From Azolla caroliniana (lineage: Eukaryota > Plantae > Polypodiophyta), in assembly GCA_043228905.1 (NCBI GenBank), contig JBHGNT010000012.1:1550001-1614000 (forward strand): a stretch of DNA of 64,000 bases. The letters are read 5' to 3'. Positions 13,601 to 25,500 of this stretch are shown one piece after another (within the stretch, counting starts at the first letter, position 1; each line of letters starts with the position of its first letter). The translations under genes and the position numbers were made by a program. Under the pieces are notes generated by a model. It saw only the letters and a list, made by a program, of their open reading frames with translations, had not been told where the DNA came from and did not search any database.

Positions 13601-14028
13601 ATATCCATGCTGATATCGTGCATAGAAACCGCAGCTTGTCGCAAAGAATGAGGTCGCAATTGGGCATATATGCCTGTAATAACTAAAATGAATGCCTCAG
13701 GCTTGAAAACTGGTGGTTAGCCTCGTCAATGCCCCCAAACCTAGAGAATTTAATCTTTTGCTGTTAATTATTTATATTAGTGTGTAGTTTGAAAATAATT
13801 ACGTACTTTCTGAAAATCCAAGTTCATTTGTGATAAATTGGTTTTGCTCAAACATGTTGCACACATTACACCGTTCTAAAAGTGGTGTTGCCTTGAACCA
13901 TTTGACAGCTAGCCTTCCCGAAAGGTCTTCCTTCAGCTGCTGGGAGGCCACGTGTACAACCAAACAGTCCTGTTATATTTGATGTCAGCCTTGAATATGT
14001 ACCCGGTCTCGATGATGTGGAGGAATGA
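1662..14028 (+). CDS. FKBP16-3: Chloroplast thylakoid-lumen FKBP-type peptidyl-prolyl isomerase, FKBP16-3-like. Exons 1662-1695, 1885-2216, 3082-3165, 4456-4505, 4849-4897, 4987-5061, 13909-14028
   Basis: GT-AG exons join in frame: Ser-rich transit peptide, twin-Arg (KRRDFL) signal, then [137 protein letters not shown]. Exon 1 is the least certain. Confidence 0.92.
3960..4240 (+). mobile_element. Degraded LINE reverse-transcriptase fragment in FKBP intron 3
   Basis: Remnants of DHILTL and F.KAFDTV motifs, collinear with the LINE RT at 51200-51570. Confidence 0.55.
5426..7179 (+). mobile_element. Ty1/Copia element A (internally deleted): 5' LTR 5426-5817, tRNA-Met PBS 5818-5828, integrase C-terminus and RT fragments
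   Basis: TG...[56 protein letters not shown]; frameshifted. Confidence 0.9.
7180..8990 (-). mobile_element. Ty1/Copia element B of the same family, inverted: integrase-RT fragment, PPT ~7600-7610, 3' LTR 7180-7599
   Basis: [39 protein letters not shown]; its LTR is the reverse complement of 5426-5817. Confidence 0.9.
8995..10985 (-). mobile_element. Ty3/Gypsy gag(C-terminal)-protease-RT(N-terminal) fragment, pseudogenized
   Basis: Zinc knuckle CFNCNQPGH, protease [39 protein letters not shown]. Confidence 0.88.
10990..11797 (+). mobile_element. 3' end of a Gypsy-type element: acidic ORF tail (stop 11153), tRNA-like motif 11205-11244, LTR 11245-11797
   Basis: LTR TGTTAACC...GTAACA with a + strand TATA. 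Its U5 end ATCGAAGGTGTTTCC.CCAG...TAACA matches the minus-strand end of the LTRs at 33290/36529. ORF tail ..SILHIFYEE* resembles ..DILSILEEE* at 33894. Confidence 0.8.
11205..11244 (+). other. tRNA-Arg 3'-end-like structured motif at the PPT position (copy 1)
   Basis: GGGTTCGAC-GTGC AAG GCAC-TGTCCCACGGGCGTGACAGG directly before the LTR TG. Confidence 0.75.
11749..12138. repeat. Tandem duplication, 195 bp x2, spanning the LTR 3' end and flanking LINE remnant
   Basis: attacctaggaggagtaatcg...ggaatacacaa at 11749-11943 and 11944-12138. Confidence 0.9.
11798..12630 (+). mobile_element. Degraded 3' end of a LINE, same family as 50720-53213
   Basis: Collinear similarity to 52500-53185 (gtggaatc.ga.gaa.a.tatgtttg, gagataccattgcctctt, ctagagctcaag.gaca, ttaagatgtaa). 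Confidence 0.75.
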
Positions 14029-15700
14029 ACTGTAATACATATATCCTTTTTTGGGGGGTCTTCAGTGTGAATAGCACGAGAAGCGATGTCAAAAAAGGGG
14101 TGTACAATAAGTCTCTTACTAATTATAGAATGTATTCATTTTTGACGATTCATATTCTTGCTTTCTTGGCAACTATTCGTTCATCGCCAATTCGTAAGTT
14201 GTAGCAAAAGTTTGTTTTAAGAATTCCAATGCTTCTTTTGAACATAAGTCTTGTGGTATAGCAGAAACCTATGGAGGAAGTGGGCCATAAGAAATACATG
14301 TTTGTGAGAGCCCATCTAACATCTGGAGATTGGTGCCAAGGTAATGGAGTTACTAACTAGTGTTTGTGAATAACAAGTACAATTTTACTGGAGACATAGA
14401 TTGAAGGCAGTGGTCAACATAAGTTCATGCCCAAGTAGGCAATGAGGACTATGTGAGGAAGTGAGACTTTCCAAATCCACACAATAATGTATTTGTATCT
14501 AGGGTAACCAAGCATGACCACTATATCGATTTTGGATACAACAAATTATACACAATTTTTTCCCCATTTGGCTTACTAGCATTCTAAGAGAAGCACACTT
14601 TCATCACCACTGTCCACTTGTGTGCGATCCACTTTCTGCTATCTGAGATTACTACTGAATGTAGTATTCAGAATTGCACTTCAAACCGTTACCACAAAAA
14701 ATCTACATGATGTTACTTGCATGAGTTCTTACCTCTGCTTTTGCTAAAACTATTGTAATCAATATATACAATCGATTTATTGAAGCGTTACCATTTGAGT
14801 ATCAAATGGAAGGCGCAAAACCTTTTTAAAGTTTCCTGCATAGTACAACACAATTGAAAATCATTACTGGATCATATCTAAGGTCATCACAAATGTTGAA
14901 TTTCATTATGTGGAATCCCAATGTGGTTGGTTTGATAATTATGAATGCTTCCTATAACATCTTTTTTAGGTAACTTTGTTACCATGGTCAAATTCATGTG
15001 TGATTTTTGTTGCAATAGTTTGTAGTGCTAGGCCACATTGAGCGAACATATGTGACTATTGTGTTGGAGTTGTTGTGATTTGAAACTCCAATGATATTTT
15101 TACAAAATACATGAATCCTATAGTTAGTTCTTTACATCCTTACCCACATGAAATATGCGTAAAACCTTGAACACTTCCCAAGTCCTTAACACAAAAAAGT
15201 TGTAGAAGATGATTAGTTGTTAGCAAGCCAGCCTTGAAGGCCTCTCCGTCTCTCAACACGTACACAAAAGCCCATTTTTGTTAAGTACAAATGTTAGATA
15301 GTGACACACAATGTTTTTGGCATGAGAAGCGAGTGCGTTTCATTCCTTTGGTGCCAAAAGGTTTGCGTGGCCGACGTAGAAAGGAAAAGGAAAAGGAAAA
15401 GGCGATGGTGGGGGGAGTATAAAGAAATTCGATTACTTTTTCCCCTAGTATAGTAGTGGGTGGCCTCTCTCTTTGTCTCTTTTCGTGTAGACGCAGACAC
15501 GCACCATTCCTCTCTCTCTCTCTCTGGGTCTCGGATGTGAAGGTGAGTAGCACCTTTTGTCTCTCCCTAGGACCACGTAAATACTCTCTCTTCTTTTCCG
15601 TAAAAAAACGTGAAGGAAACCCGCACCTTTCTTCATCGCGTCCGAGTAAGTTTTTCATTTTCTGTTTTCCTCTCGCGTCTCTTTTACTTTACATACACAC

Positions 15701-15733
<33 letters not shown>

Positions 15734-16049
15734 ATACACACTTTTTCTTTTAACCTTTTTCTTTTTGTAAAGAGGACCTCGTGGGATGTGTTTTTTTTTT
15801 CTTTGTGATTTTTTTTTAGACCACAACAAATGCATTTCTTGGGTGCCCCCCCCCCCTTCCTCTTTCACCTTTTTTCCTTTTTCTTTTCTCATTTTTCCTA
15901 GGCTTTAAGAAAAAAGCAAAAAAGAAGAAGGAAATACATAAAAGAAAAAGCCGAAAGCAAAAAGTAAAGATTTCCCAAACAAAAAGAAAAGAAAAGAAAA
16001 GAAAGGAAGAAGAAAAAAGTTTGGCGCCACAAAGCAACGGACTCGGAGG

Positions 16050-16540
16050 GCGCCACGTGGCGCCGTGGCCCCCGGCCCCGCTGACGTGGCACTGCGCGTG
16101 CTTTGCAAGCTAAAAAAAAACAAACAAAAAGTAAATAAATAAAGCAGCTTTTTTTTTGAAGCTTTTTGACACGTCACCCGGCCGCTTTCTCGGGGGAAAA
16201 GAGAAGGGAAAAAAGAAAAAAGTAGAAAAAGCTTTTTCTTGCTTTTGTTTTGTTTATTTATTTATTTTTAAAAGGAAAAACAAAGCAGGCAGAAAAGATG
16301 GCCCCAGCCCACCGCCGACGTGGCAGCCCCCGTCCGACGTGGCAGACCCCCGCATGACGTGGCAGACCCTTGCCTGACGTGGCAGATCCCGGCCGACGTG
16401 GACGGCCACGGCGGAATAGCCCAGCTGGCGTGGCACAATGGGAAACCGATCTGCTCGGGGCCCCTATTTCGTGGCACTGACGTGCCGGCCGACGTGTCAG
16501 GGGTCCTCCACGCGGCCATCGATGCGTGCCGCCACGTAGG
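16050..16540. promoter_or_regulatory. GC-rich cluster of ACGT-core G-box/ABRE-like elements upstream of the Dof gene
   Basis: About a dozen (G/C)ACGTG(G/T)C-type motifs and variants; five consecutive cores at 16318, 16337, 16357, 16377 and 16396. Confidence 0.65.
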
Positions 16541-16832
16541 TATGGGCGGGGACAGCTGGCAGCGGAGGCGATCGTCTCTCTGTTCTTTTCTGTTTTTTCT
16601 CTGATTCGCTCGCTGCTTTCTTCTTCGTTTTTCGTTCGTTTGTTTTTCCTTTCATTTCTTTTCTCTGTCTTGTTTCTTTTCGCAACAGTCATTCATGGCT
16701 ATGGAAAGCTCAGATTTCGACTAGTTCTCTCTTCTTTTAACGTCTTCTCTGTTCCTTCCGTTTCTACTCTCTTCTTCTCTCTCGATTTTTTTTTTTTTTT
16801 TTTGTTGCCTCTCCAAATTGCAATGCGTTCTT

Positions 16833-17490
16833 CATTCATCCCGAAACCCTAAAATATCAACCAACAATTCCTTTCATTCATCCCGAAACCCTAAAATATC
16901 CCCACATTTCCTTTCCTTCCTTTCTCCATGCCTGTGAAAACCCTAAACATTGTCCATTAATTTTCTTTGCTTCTACCTTAATCTTCTCTTTCTGCTGTTC
17001 TTGTTGATTTTCCTTCCATGGTTAATGAAACACTAAACAGAGATTTACCTTCTTTTGCTTGTCCTTCAGCGCAGCAGTTTTTTTGATTTTTTTAGTTTTC
17101 GGCCATGTCCAAACCCTAAACCAAATTGCCGTCTTTTCTTTCCTTGGATTCTTTCAATTGATTTGAAACATTAAACCCCCCAAAGTCTGCATTCTTTTGC
17201 GCAATTTCCATGCCTGGAACTCAAAAATCTACAAAAAATATTTTCGCGCTTTCTGTGTATGGAGATTCATGAGTTCCATGAGCAAAATAATTTAATCTTT
17301 GTCTTCTCCTTCTCTGTATAGTAGTCTACATTTATTGTCTTCATCTTCTCTGGTGAAGTCCATGTCTGGAAAGCCCTAAAAAATTCTTTATCTCCTTCCC
17401 CATCCTTAACACCCATGCCTCTTAAACCCTATATTGGTTCTTCTGTACTTTCCTGCTTCACTTTTAACATCCATGCCTGAAACCCTAAAT
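16833..17490 (+). promoter_or_regulatory. Array of telobox (AAACCCTA) motifs, mostly preceded by CCATG
   Basis: Perfect AAACCCTA at 16844, 16886, 16938, 17111, 17424 and 17480, plus degenerate copies near 17028, 17166, 17217 and 17370. Confidence 0.65.
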
Positions 17491-17621
17491 TTTAGTCCCT
17501 GTCATCTTTTAGAGATTGCAAAGCGGTCAGATAGTATTGCATTTTGGCTTAATTGCTGGCGTTCAGGTTAGAAAGCTAGTCGCGTTGAATCAGAAGTCAA
17601 GAATCTAAGCTAAGATCTGCC

Positions 17622-20219
17622 ATGGATCAGAAGAGCAGTATAACAACAGATCAGTCGTCTGCAGAAGAAGAGAATGACCAAAAGCCTGTGGATGATCAAC
17701 CCTCGGTGGCTTGTCCGAGATGCCATAGCTTCAACACCAAGTTCTGCTACTTCAACAACTACAACGTGAAGCAACCTCGCCATTTCTGCAGAGAATGCCA
17801 ACGTTACTGGACAGCAGGAGGTTCTCTGCGTAACGTCCCTGTTGGTGCGGGTAGAAGAAGGAACAAAGGATCATCGCCGACGATCAGCTCTAATGGCGCC
17901 ATCGCGACTCCTTATCATAACGATCACATGTCAAGAAGCCTTTTTACTAACCACCATGGCAGCGATGGTCATGAAGGTATGTGCGTTTCTTCTTCTTCTT
18001 CTTCTCCTCCTGTTGATTCTACGGTGTCTTCCATTCTTTCCTTCAAGCAGCCCGCTATGGCGACAAATCTGTCAGAATCGGCCCAGAGAAGCTTTGCGCT
18101 ACTACACAATCTGTCTGAAACGCAGAAGAACTTCGCGGTTCTGGCGCAGAAGCATCCTTCAGAGTTAACGCAGCAGAATATTGCGGTCCTGCAGAAGATT
18201 CACTCAGAGCTAACGCAGCACAACCTCGCAGCTCTGCAGAAGAACATCCACTCAGACGCAACGCAGAATTATGAGGCTATGCAGAGGAACGGGTTCGAGA
18301 CACACAAGAGCTTCCCTGCTGTCCAAAAGAATCACACAGAAGCTCAACACAGTTTTGGAGTTCTACAGAAGAATCCATCTGGATTGCACCAGAGCTTCAC
18401 GGTTCTTCAGAAGAATCCATCTGAATCCCACGAAAGTTTAACGGTTATTCAGAAGAATGCATCAGAAACACATCAGGGCTTCTTAGTTCCGCAGAATAAT
18501 CCTTCGCACACCCCAGACTCATTGAATGCTGCCACAGAGACGATGGAGAAAAAACCTGACAGAAAAGTTTCACTGGAGTTGAAGTTATCCAAGGCCAATG
18601 GTGAAGAAAAGGTCGAAGAAGGATTACAATCTGCGAAAAGTTCTGCAGAGGATAAGATGGTGGTGCTAGCACCATCGTCTTATACTTCTACTGCACATCA
18701 TCCTCTTCCTGCTCCTCCTCCTCATCAAGATCTTCCATCCTCTCTACACAATACAGAACATGATGAATCCACTTGCTGCTCTTCAGTAACAGCAGCTCTT
18801 GCTTGCTCATCTTCAGAAGCTGTATCTCATCCTGCTACTGCTACTGCTACTGCTACTACCATAGCCATGGCACCTTCCAATATTGTACCTCCTGTCTCGA
18901 ACCTTCATGCAGGCTTTGTGAATCCATCTCCATTGATGTTTCATCCATGGCTCTGGCCGTTCATCCTCAACAGCACTGGAGCTTTGCTCGGTGCGGGTAT
19001 CCCTAGATTTGATCCATCTTTTGCAGCAGCTTTTAGTGCTATGGCATTAGCTCAAACTGATCCTACATTAGCAGCAAAAATCGCAGCTATGGCTTCTTTA
19101 AATGGAGCTATGACTTCAAATGGAGCTATGGCTATCAATGGAGCTATGACTTCAAATGGAGCTATGGCTATCAATGGAGCTATGGCTTCTTTAAATGGAT
19201 CTACGCCATCCAACGGAGCTGTGGCTATCAATGGAGCTATGTCTGCTTTCAATGGACCTATGCCTTCCAACGGAGCTGTGGCTACTAATGGAGCTTTGCC
19301 TTCTTTGAATGGAGCTGCGGCTTTTTTGAATGGATCTATGCCTTCTAATGGAGCTGGGCCTTTGAATGGAGCCATGCCGCAGAGCATTAATCCCCAAGTT
19401 TATCAACCTTCAACGGCTTTGAGTAATACTCCCCAATCTTATAATCCAGCCTCAATCTCTTCAAGCAGTATTCTCCAAGCTTATAATCAAGCTTCGATGG
19501 TTTCTAGTAGTATTCCTCATGGTTGTAATCAACCTTCGATGGCTTCTAGTTGTGTTCCTCAAACTTACAATCAAGCTTCCATGACATCAAATATTGTTCC
19601 TCGACCTTACATTAATCAAGCTTCCATTGCTCAGACCAGTATTCCACCATCATCTTTGAGTACTCCTCATGTCGATCCAGCTCTCATGGCTCGCGTTGCA
19701 GCTTTAGCTTCTGGAAGCATGGCTCATCTTGATCCATCTCTAACAGCAGCTTTAGCAGCAAGCTACCTACAATGGCAACAACAAGCATGGAATCCTTACA
19801 CATGGGGGTTTCCGTGGAACCTTCAGTGGAATACATCAAATACTATTATGAATACAAACACGAATGTGAATACTGCTAACAATAGTACCAATATTAGTAC
19901 GGCCAATGCCCCGAATATGGTAAACAAACGGCCTCGATCTCCTCCTACAAACGAAGAGCAAATATCAGCTCTCGAAATTCGCAAGACCTCGAAAATAGAA
20001 GCAGACACGGAAGATGGAACAAGAAATCATAGCATTGGTCTGCCCTCGGATTTTCCTAATCCATTAGGTTCGCTTGGCGCGTTTGGTTCCTTCAATCCTC
20101 AACTTAATGGTAGCTTTCTCACACAGAAAGCTATGGCTCAACAAGGAGTCGTGCAATCGGATCAACAGTCTAAACCTAGTAGTCAAGCTCAATCAGTTGC
20201 CTCTCAAGAAGGTACTTGA
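17622..20219 (+). CDS. Dof zinc-finger transcription factor, CDF (cycling Dof factor)-like, 865 aa
   Basis: [52 protein letters not shown] is a Dof domain of the CDF type. Degenerate CDF-like C-terminal motifs (EIRKTSKIE; [13 protein letters not shown]). Single long ORF. Confidence 0.92.
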   Translation: MDQKSSITTDQSSAEEENDQKPVDDQPSVACPRCHSFNTKFCYFNNYNVKQPRHFCRECQRYWTAGGSLRNVPVGAGRRRNKGSSPTISSNGAIATPYHNDHMSRSLFTNHHGSDGHEGMCVSSSSSSPPVDSTVSSILSFKQPAMATNLSESAQRSFALLHNLSETQKNFAVLAQKHPSELTQQNIAVLQKIHSELTQHNLAALQKNIHSDATQNYEAMQRNGFETHKSFPAVQKNHTEAQHSFGVLQKNPSGLHQSFTVLQKNPSESHESLTVIQKNASETHQGFLVPQNNPSHTPDSLNAATETMEKKPDRKVSLELKLSKANGEEKVEEGLQSAKSSAEDKMVVLAPSSYTSTAHHPLPAPPPHQDLPSSLHNTEHDESTCCSSVTAALACSSSEAVSHPATATATATTIAMAPSNIVPPVSNLHAGFVNPSPLMFHPWLWPFILNSTGALLGAGIPRFDPSFAAAFSAMALAQTDPTLAAKIAAMASLNGAMTSNGAMAINGAMTSNGAMAINGAMASLNGSTPSNGAVAINGAMSAFNGPMPSNGAVATNGALPSLNGAAAFLNGSMPSNGAGPLNGAMPQSINPQVYQPSTALSNTPQSYNPASISSSSILQAYNQASMVSSSIPHGCNQPSMASSCVPQTYNQASMTSNIVPRPYINQASIAQTSIPPSSLSTPHVDPALMARVAALASGSMAHLDPSLTAALAASYLQWQQQAWNPYTWGFPWNLQWNTSNTIMNTNTNVNTANNSTNISTANAPNMVNKRPRSPPTNEEQISALEIRKTSKIEADTEDGTRNHSIGLPSDFPNPLGSLGAFGSFNPQLNGSFLTQKAMAQQGVVQSDQQSKPSSQAQSVASQEGT

Positions 20220-22569
20220 GAGTGAATGTTAAAAAGGTGTGATTCAGTGTAGGCTCTCTTAATCTTAACATATATGTATACATTGTGAATCATCAGCTAT
20301 CATAATGAGGTGAAAACATGTATTCAAGTTTTCATCTTCCCATGAAGAAGAAAACAACTAAATCATATTTGAGGTTTCACCACTGATCAATCTCTTGGGC
20401 ATGAAGTATATGTCTTCTAAGTAATGAAAGGTTATAAACTTTTATACCCCACGAGAAGTATTCTCTTTGTATCAGTGAGTGAGTGTGTATGTATGTATGC
20501 CTCAAGTCATGCATTTGTATTTATGTATATATATATATATATATAGTATGTGGGTATCTTTGCATGATGGTAAGACCCCATCAAAAAATGCAAGCCTTTT
20601 CTTGTGACTGAGAGAGAATTCATCTCAATGTTTGAACCCTAAGGATTTGATAAGCTTCTGAAATCTTCGTCCATTGAAAGTGAAGAAGAAGAAGATGATC
20701 ACATGGTAAGTGCAAAGTGGGGCTATGGAGCTTCTTAATTGTAGCTATGCATTTTTGGGTGTTCTTAGATAATCTTTTGGTAGTTAAATGGATAGTGCCC
20801 AAAATGTGATCCAAAGGAAAAAAGATGGCATCACCCTCCAAATGAGGGGGGAAAGAGACCAAGCAACCGAAATAGTTATTCAAACTAGATGTTTGGAAAC
20901 CTAACAGTTGATTGATAGAAGTTCTTATTGATGGACAAGTCCATGAGAAGTGAATCGCTGTTTCTAACCTTAACCAACACCTTACATAAAGAGACTGATT
21001 TATTCTCCTTTTCTCTAGGCAAGATCCTATTGAAAGTATATCTCATAAGCATCTCCACAATAAGGCCCTTTGATTTAATCACTAGAGCATGCATCCGATT
21101 TCGCGTTTCTCCAAAGAGCACTTCCATGTGCTTATATCAAAGAAGTGTGAAGCAGCTTGCAGATGTTATGAGCTGATCATGCATCCAATCGGGCACTTGG
21201 GTTACATAAATTGCTTAAATTGACAATTGAAAAGCCTATCTAATGTTTCTAATGGTGGCGTAGGGGTAAATGATTGTAATTGTTCCATAAATTTAAATCT
21301 AAATGTAATATTTCTGATTAGGATTGAAACGCTATCATCGTGTTGAATCTTGAAACCTTAGTACATGTCTGACATCATTGAACACATTTTAAATTAAGTT
21401 AACACCTTGTTTGGGTTATTGAAAAGAGAACTCCAATGGCGGCTCAAAATCTCATGGAGTTGCCTCTCCCTTTCCACATAAGGTTTTGGATAACTCAAAA
21501 TCATGTGGTGTTTTAGTCCACTGCCATTTGTTTTGACTTTCATTTTTGCAAGTCCTCTTTGAGACAATCTCTTTATGATTGCCTCCATTTTTCAAAACTC
21601 CATCACAAATTATTTTGCTTTACTTTGAGTACTTTTTGACCTAGAATTGAAGCTTTTCGCCAATAAGGTATTTGTCGCGAGTAAATATGATAGAGACAAA
21701 AGAATTGCAAAAGAAATGTGCTTTTATGACCAAAGTAGTGACTACAATGGTGAGGCAAATACCCTTGCCTTGACTTTATAGAAGGGTGTATAAATGGCAT
21801 TTTGTTGAAGGGCCATGCTAGAGGAGTAGAAGCCCAAACCCGTGTGGGGATACTCCAAATAGAAGTGGCATGATAGTATAGTGAGTAAATAGTCAAGTGA
21901 GTAGCAGACAAACTTTATGAACAAGAACCCTAGTGAAATGAAGTGTCTTATCTCGCAATATAAGTTATATGAGCCTATAAAGTTTCATGAGGTAAATTAC
22001 AATTGCATGACATGGTGTAATGATCCAACCCCCTCAAAAGAGTTAATGATGTTTGCTTTGAATATCATAGTACATAGTACATCTACAAATGTAATGTTGC
22101 TCAACTTTGTGTCCCATTCAAATAGTTGGCAAAGCCTACACTCCACTATCACGTCTCCCATTCACCAATCTCCTAAGATTATGTGAAAAGATGCTTAGTT
22201 GTTTGATGATCACATATATAGTCCATGAGTAAGATGTGTAGCCATGTATCTAGAATGGATGATGAAACCATCGAGGGAGACTTGGAAAGTGGGTATAGTG
22301 ATTTGTCATCCTTGTCCCATGATGAGTTAACTCATATATTCTCAGTCTTTAGCTTTGTGTGTGATCTATTATCACCAAAACAACTTTCAATCGGTTAATC
22401 CCTCGATTAGGCTAATCCAAAATATTAACCAAAAGAGTCTATTTGTTTATATGCACACAATTGCAAGATCAATGAAGTGCCTCTTTGAGCATTATCAACA
22501 TTTGTTTGTGTTTGGTTGTTCCGAATAAGTGCATAGGTAGCAAATGAGAGAATAAGTCATGAATTTGAC

Positions 22570-25500
22570 TATGAAGTCAGTCTTTGTTCGTTAGAAAAGA
22601 CTATTGCAAACATGTTGGATGCTAAGAGGTCTAACAATAAAGGACAATATGAAAGGATCAAGTATTAATGGAGGAAGGAACTTGATGGTATATAAAGTTA
22701 GAGGCATTTTTAAAAGGTAGAAAAAGAAAAAAAGACGCAGAAAATGTAAGGCAAAGAAAAAACCTAATAACTTCTTCATCTCATATCCAAATTTCAAAAG
22801 AAAAGATTCATAAGAAAGCTAACAAAGAGAGCTTTCTTGTTAACAAATTTGGGATGACAATGCAGAAATAATGGTATAAAAAAACGCCTCACATATACTT
22901 GAGGATATGTAAAAAGAAAATATTCTAAAAGGGAAAAGGCAAGAATAACGCAACCAAAAACCTATAAATAGGGGGGTATTCTTAGCAATTGAGAAGGAGG
23001 AATAAGAAGGCTAGACGAAATAAGAGGAGTCTTAGTAAAAGAAAGAGAGAAGAAAGAAAAACTATTCTAAACTAGTGTCATCGAGATTAAAGTAGTTCTT
23101 TGGGGATGTTACTATTGGAGTCTACGAAGATGGTATTGTTTTCCTAATAGTATATTAAAGTATTGCTTTCTCTTCCTCTTCACTTCTCTATCTTTTTTCT
23201 ATATCTCTCCATCATTTTGGCGCTCTAGGGAGGGCCGATTCTTTCCATACCCCAAGGAGGGTTAGATTTTTTCCGTATAATTAGAAGCCAATATGGCTTT
23301 TCAATTTGCTTTTGCAGGTGACATGGTCTAAGATGGGGGAGCTTTCTTAGCTGCCTTCGAACATCATGCAATATCAATAGGGGAGATGACAGATTTTGAG
23401 AAGCTTCCTCTATTGGTGGCCACTTTTTATGGACGAGCAAGGGATTGGTATGAGTCCTTGCTACGAAACCAACAAGTGAATTACCAACTATTGGCGAAAC
23501 AATTTAAAGCTAAGAATATTCGATGCCGAAATGCAACGGAAGTACGAGAGGAACTCTTTCGCTTATGAACGTCATCAACAATGGAGTATACTGATTATGA
23601 GAGGGAGTTTATTGACATGTGGACCACATGGATTCGACTACGTGGTGGAACAGAGGATGAATGGTTTAAGATGAACCGTTTCAAAGTGGGATTAAGTTCA
23701 CACTTTGCGTTGGAGGCAAATCTAAAGTATCCTACAACTTTCCAAGCGCTTGTTCAAACTTTCAAGCCTACAATAGACAAATCCAAGTTCTAAAAGAGAG
23801 AGCGGATTCAACTGTTGCAGCATTTAAATCTCCTATTCTTCAACAATCATCAATTGTGCATGGAGATCAAGTATTCCCTAATGTTTTTATGACCATTCCA
23901 ACAACATACCAACCTAATGTTCCGGTGATGCAAGAAGCTACTCAACCTAAGGTGGAAGGAGGTTTCTCAAAGCAAGTAAATCAACGTCTCGATGAAATTA
24001 CTCGACAAATCCAAAACGTGCAAGCAAATTTTAATGTAAGTCAAACTCGTGATGCTCCACGGCAAAGGAGAGTGATTGTGTGCTACACATGTGGTGTTGA
24101 GGGACATATATCCGCACGATGTCCTTCACAACAACAAGGTGATTGGAGTCAAGGCATGTATCAATTTCAGAGTAATCAAAACAACTTTCACCAACTCAAC
24201 AACCATGTGGTAAGAGGGGAAAGTACTTTAGTGCAAATTCCAACAATTCCCCCTAAGGTAAATCTTATTGACTTCATGTATGATATAGCTGAAGATTGTG
24301 ATGTTGCACATATTAAGACATCTAGTGCATCACATAAAAATAAAGAGTTGGAAAGAGAGTCTAGTAACTCTCAACAAAATGAGAAGGCTAAGGAGACTAA
24401 TTTGGAGGATAGACCTAGAAAGAAACATTCACGAAGATAGATTAAAATTGATGATATGCCTACGGGGAAATGAGTAGAACCATTCGATCTCAAGCAAGAG
24501 CTAATCTCTAGTGAACCTCGCATCACTTGGCCACAACTTCTTCAACTTTCGCCATCACTAAAAAAGGAGTGGGGACATGTATCGAGTATACAACAAAGTA
24601 TAAAGACATCGTAACATTGTGCGAGGATTGTGCAAGTGAAAGATCGAAAGGATATTTGGCCCGCTATTTCAGCAACTGTTCAAGGTCTTTAATTACAGAT
24701 GCCTTAGTAGATAGTGGTATTAGAATTGATCCTACATCTAATGTCATATTGAATAAGATTGGAAATCCTATCTATCAAAAATCCTCTACAAGGATAGACA
24801 TACTTGATAGACATTTAGGATCTCGTTTTGGAGTTATAGGGGATGTTGTCGAGTGTTTTGGTATATCCATTTCTATGGATTTACATATAATACTCCTTAA
24901 AGGGCCATCTTGTTCCTTAGTTTTAGTACAATCTTGGATGCAAGAATTACATGTAATATCGCATTGGACTATGATGAACTTATCACTGTCGAATGGGTTT
25001 AATATCTTCTATGACTTGTATCTACAACGAGTAAAAAGGAGAAAGAAACATCTATCAACAATGGCAAGAAAGAAGAGGAAAGCATAACAAATGATAGATC
25101 TTCGTGGGATAGGGAAAAGAAATTGTTCCACGTGGTGTGTAAGGATGAAGGAAAAATGTCATTGAAGAAGGTATTATAACCTTAAAGGGGAAAAAGAAGA
25201 TGATTTCAAACAATGTCCAAGGAGAAGAGGATCTAAGGTTTATTTCTATTCATTCTAAGTTTCCAAAGTTATTCATAGATGACTATTCACAACTAAGAGA
25301 AGGAATCAAGCACCACATCAAGTTGAAGGAAACTATACCAATTACCCAAAAGCTTCGACGATTAGGGATTGTGCAAAAGGAAGACCTTATAAAGGAGTTG
25401 AAATCAATGTTGCAAGAGAGTTTCATTTATCATGTGGAGGATTTGAAGTGTGTGTCACCTATTGTTGTGGTTCCAAAGAACAATGACATCGACTTCAAAC

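Noticed and set aside
15281-16852. Many overlapping short ORFs
   Set aside because: They arise from homopolymer tracts and a GC island; no coherent protein.
16833-17490. CRISPR-like repeat-spacer appearance or interstitial telomere
   Set aside because: Eukaryotic context, short degenerate repeats, irregular spacers and no cas genes; the telomere units are single rather than tandem.
19052-19387. Antisense repeat ORFs ([11 protein letters not shown]...)
   Set aside because: Shadow frames of the NGA repeats in the Dof gene.
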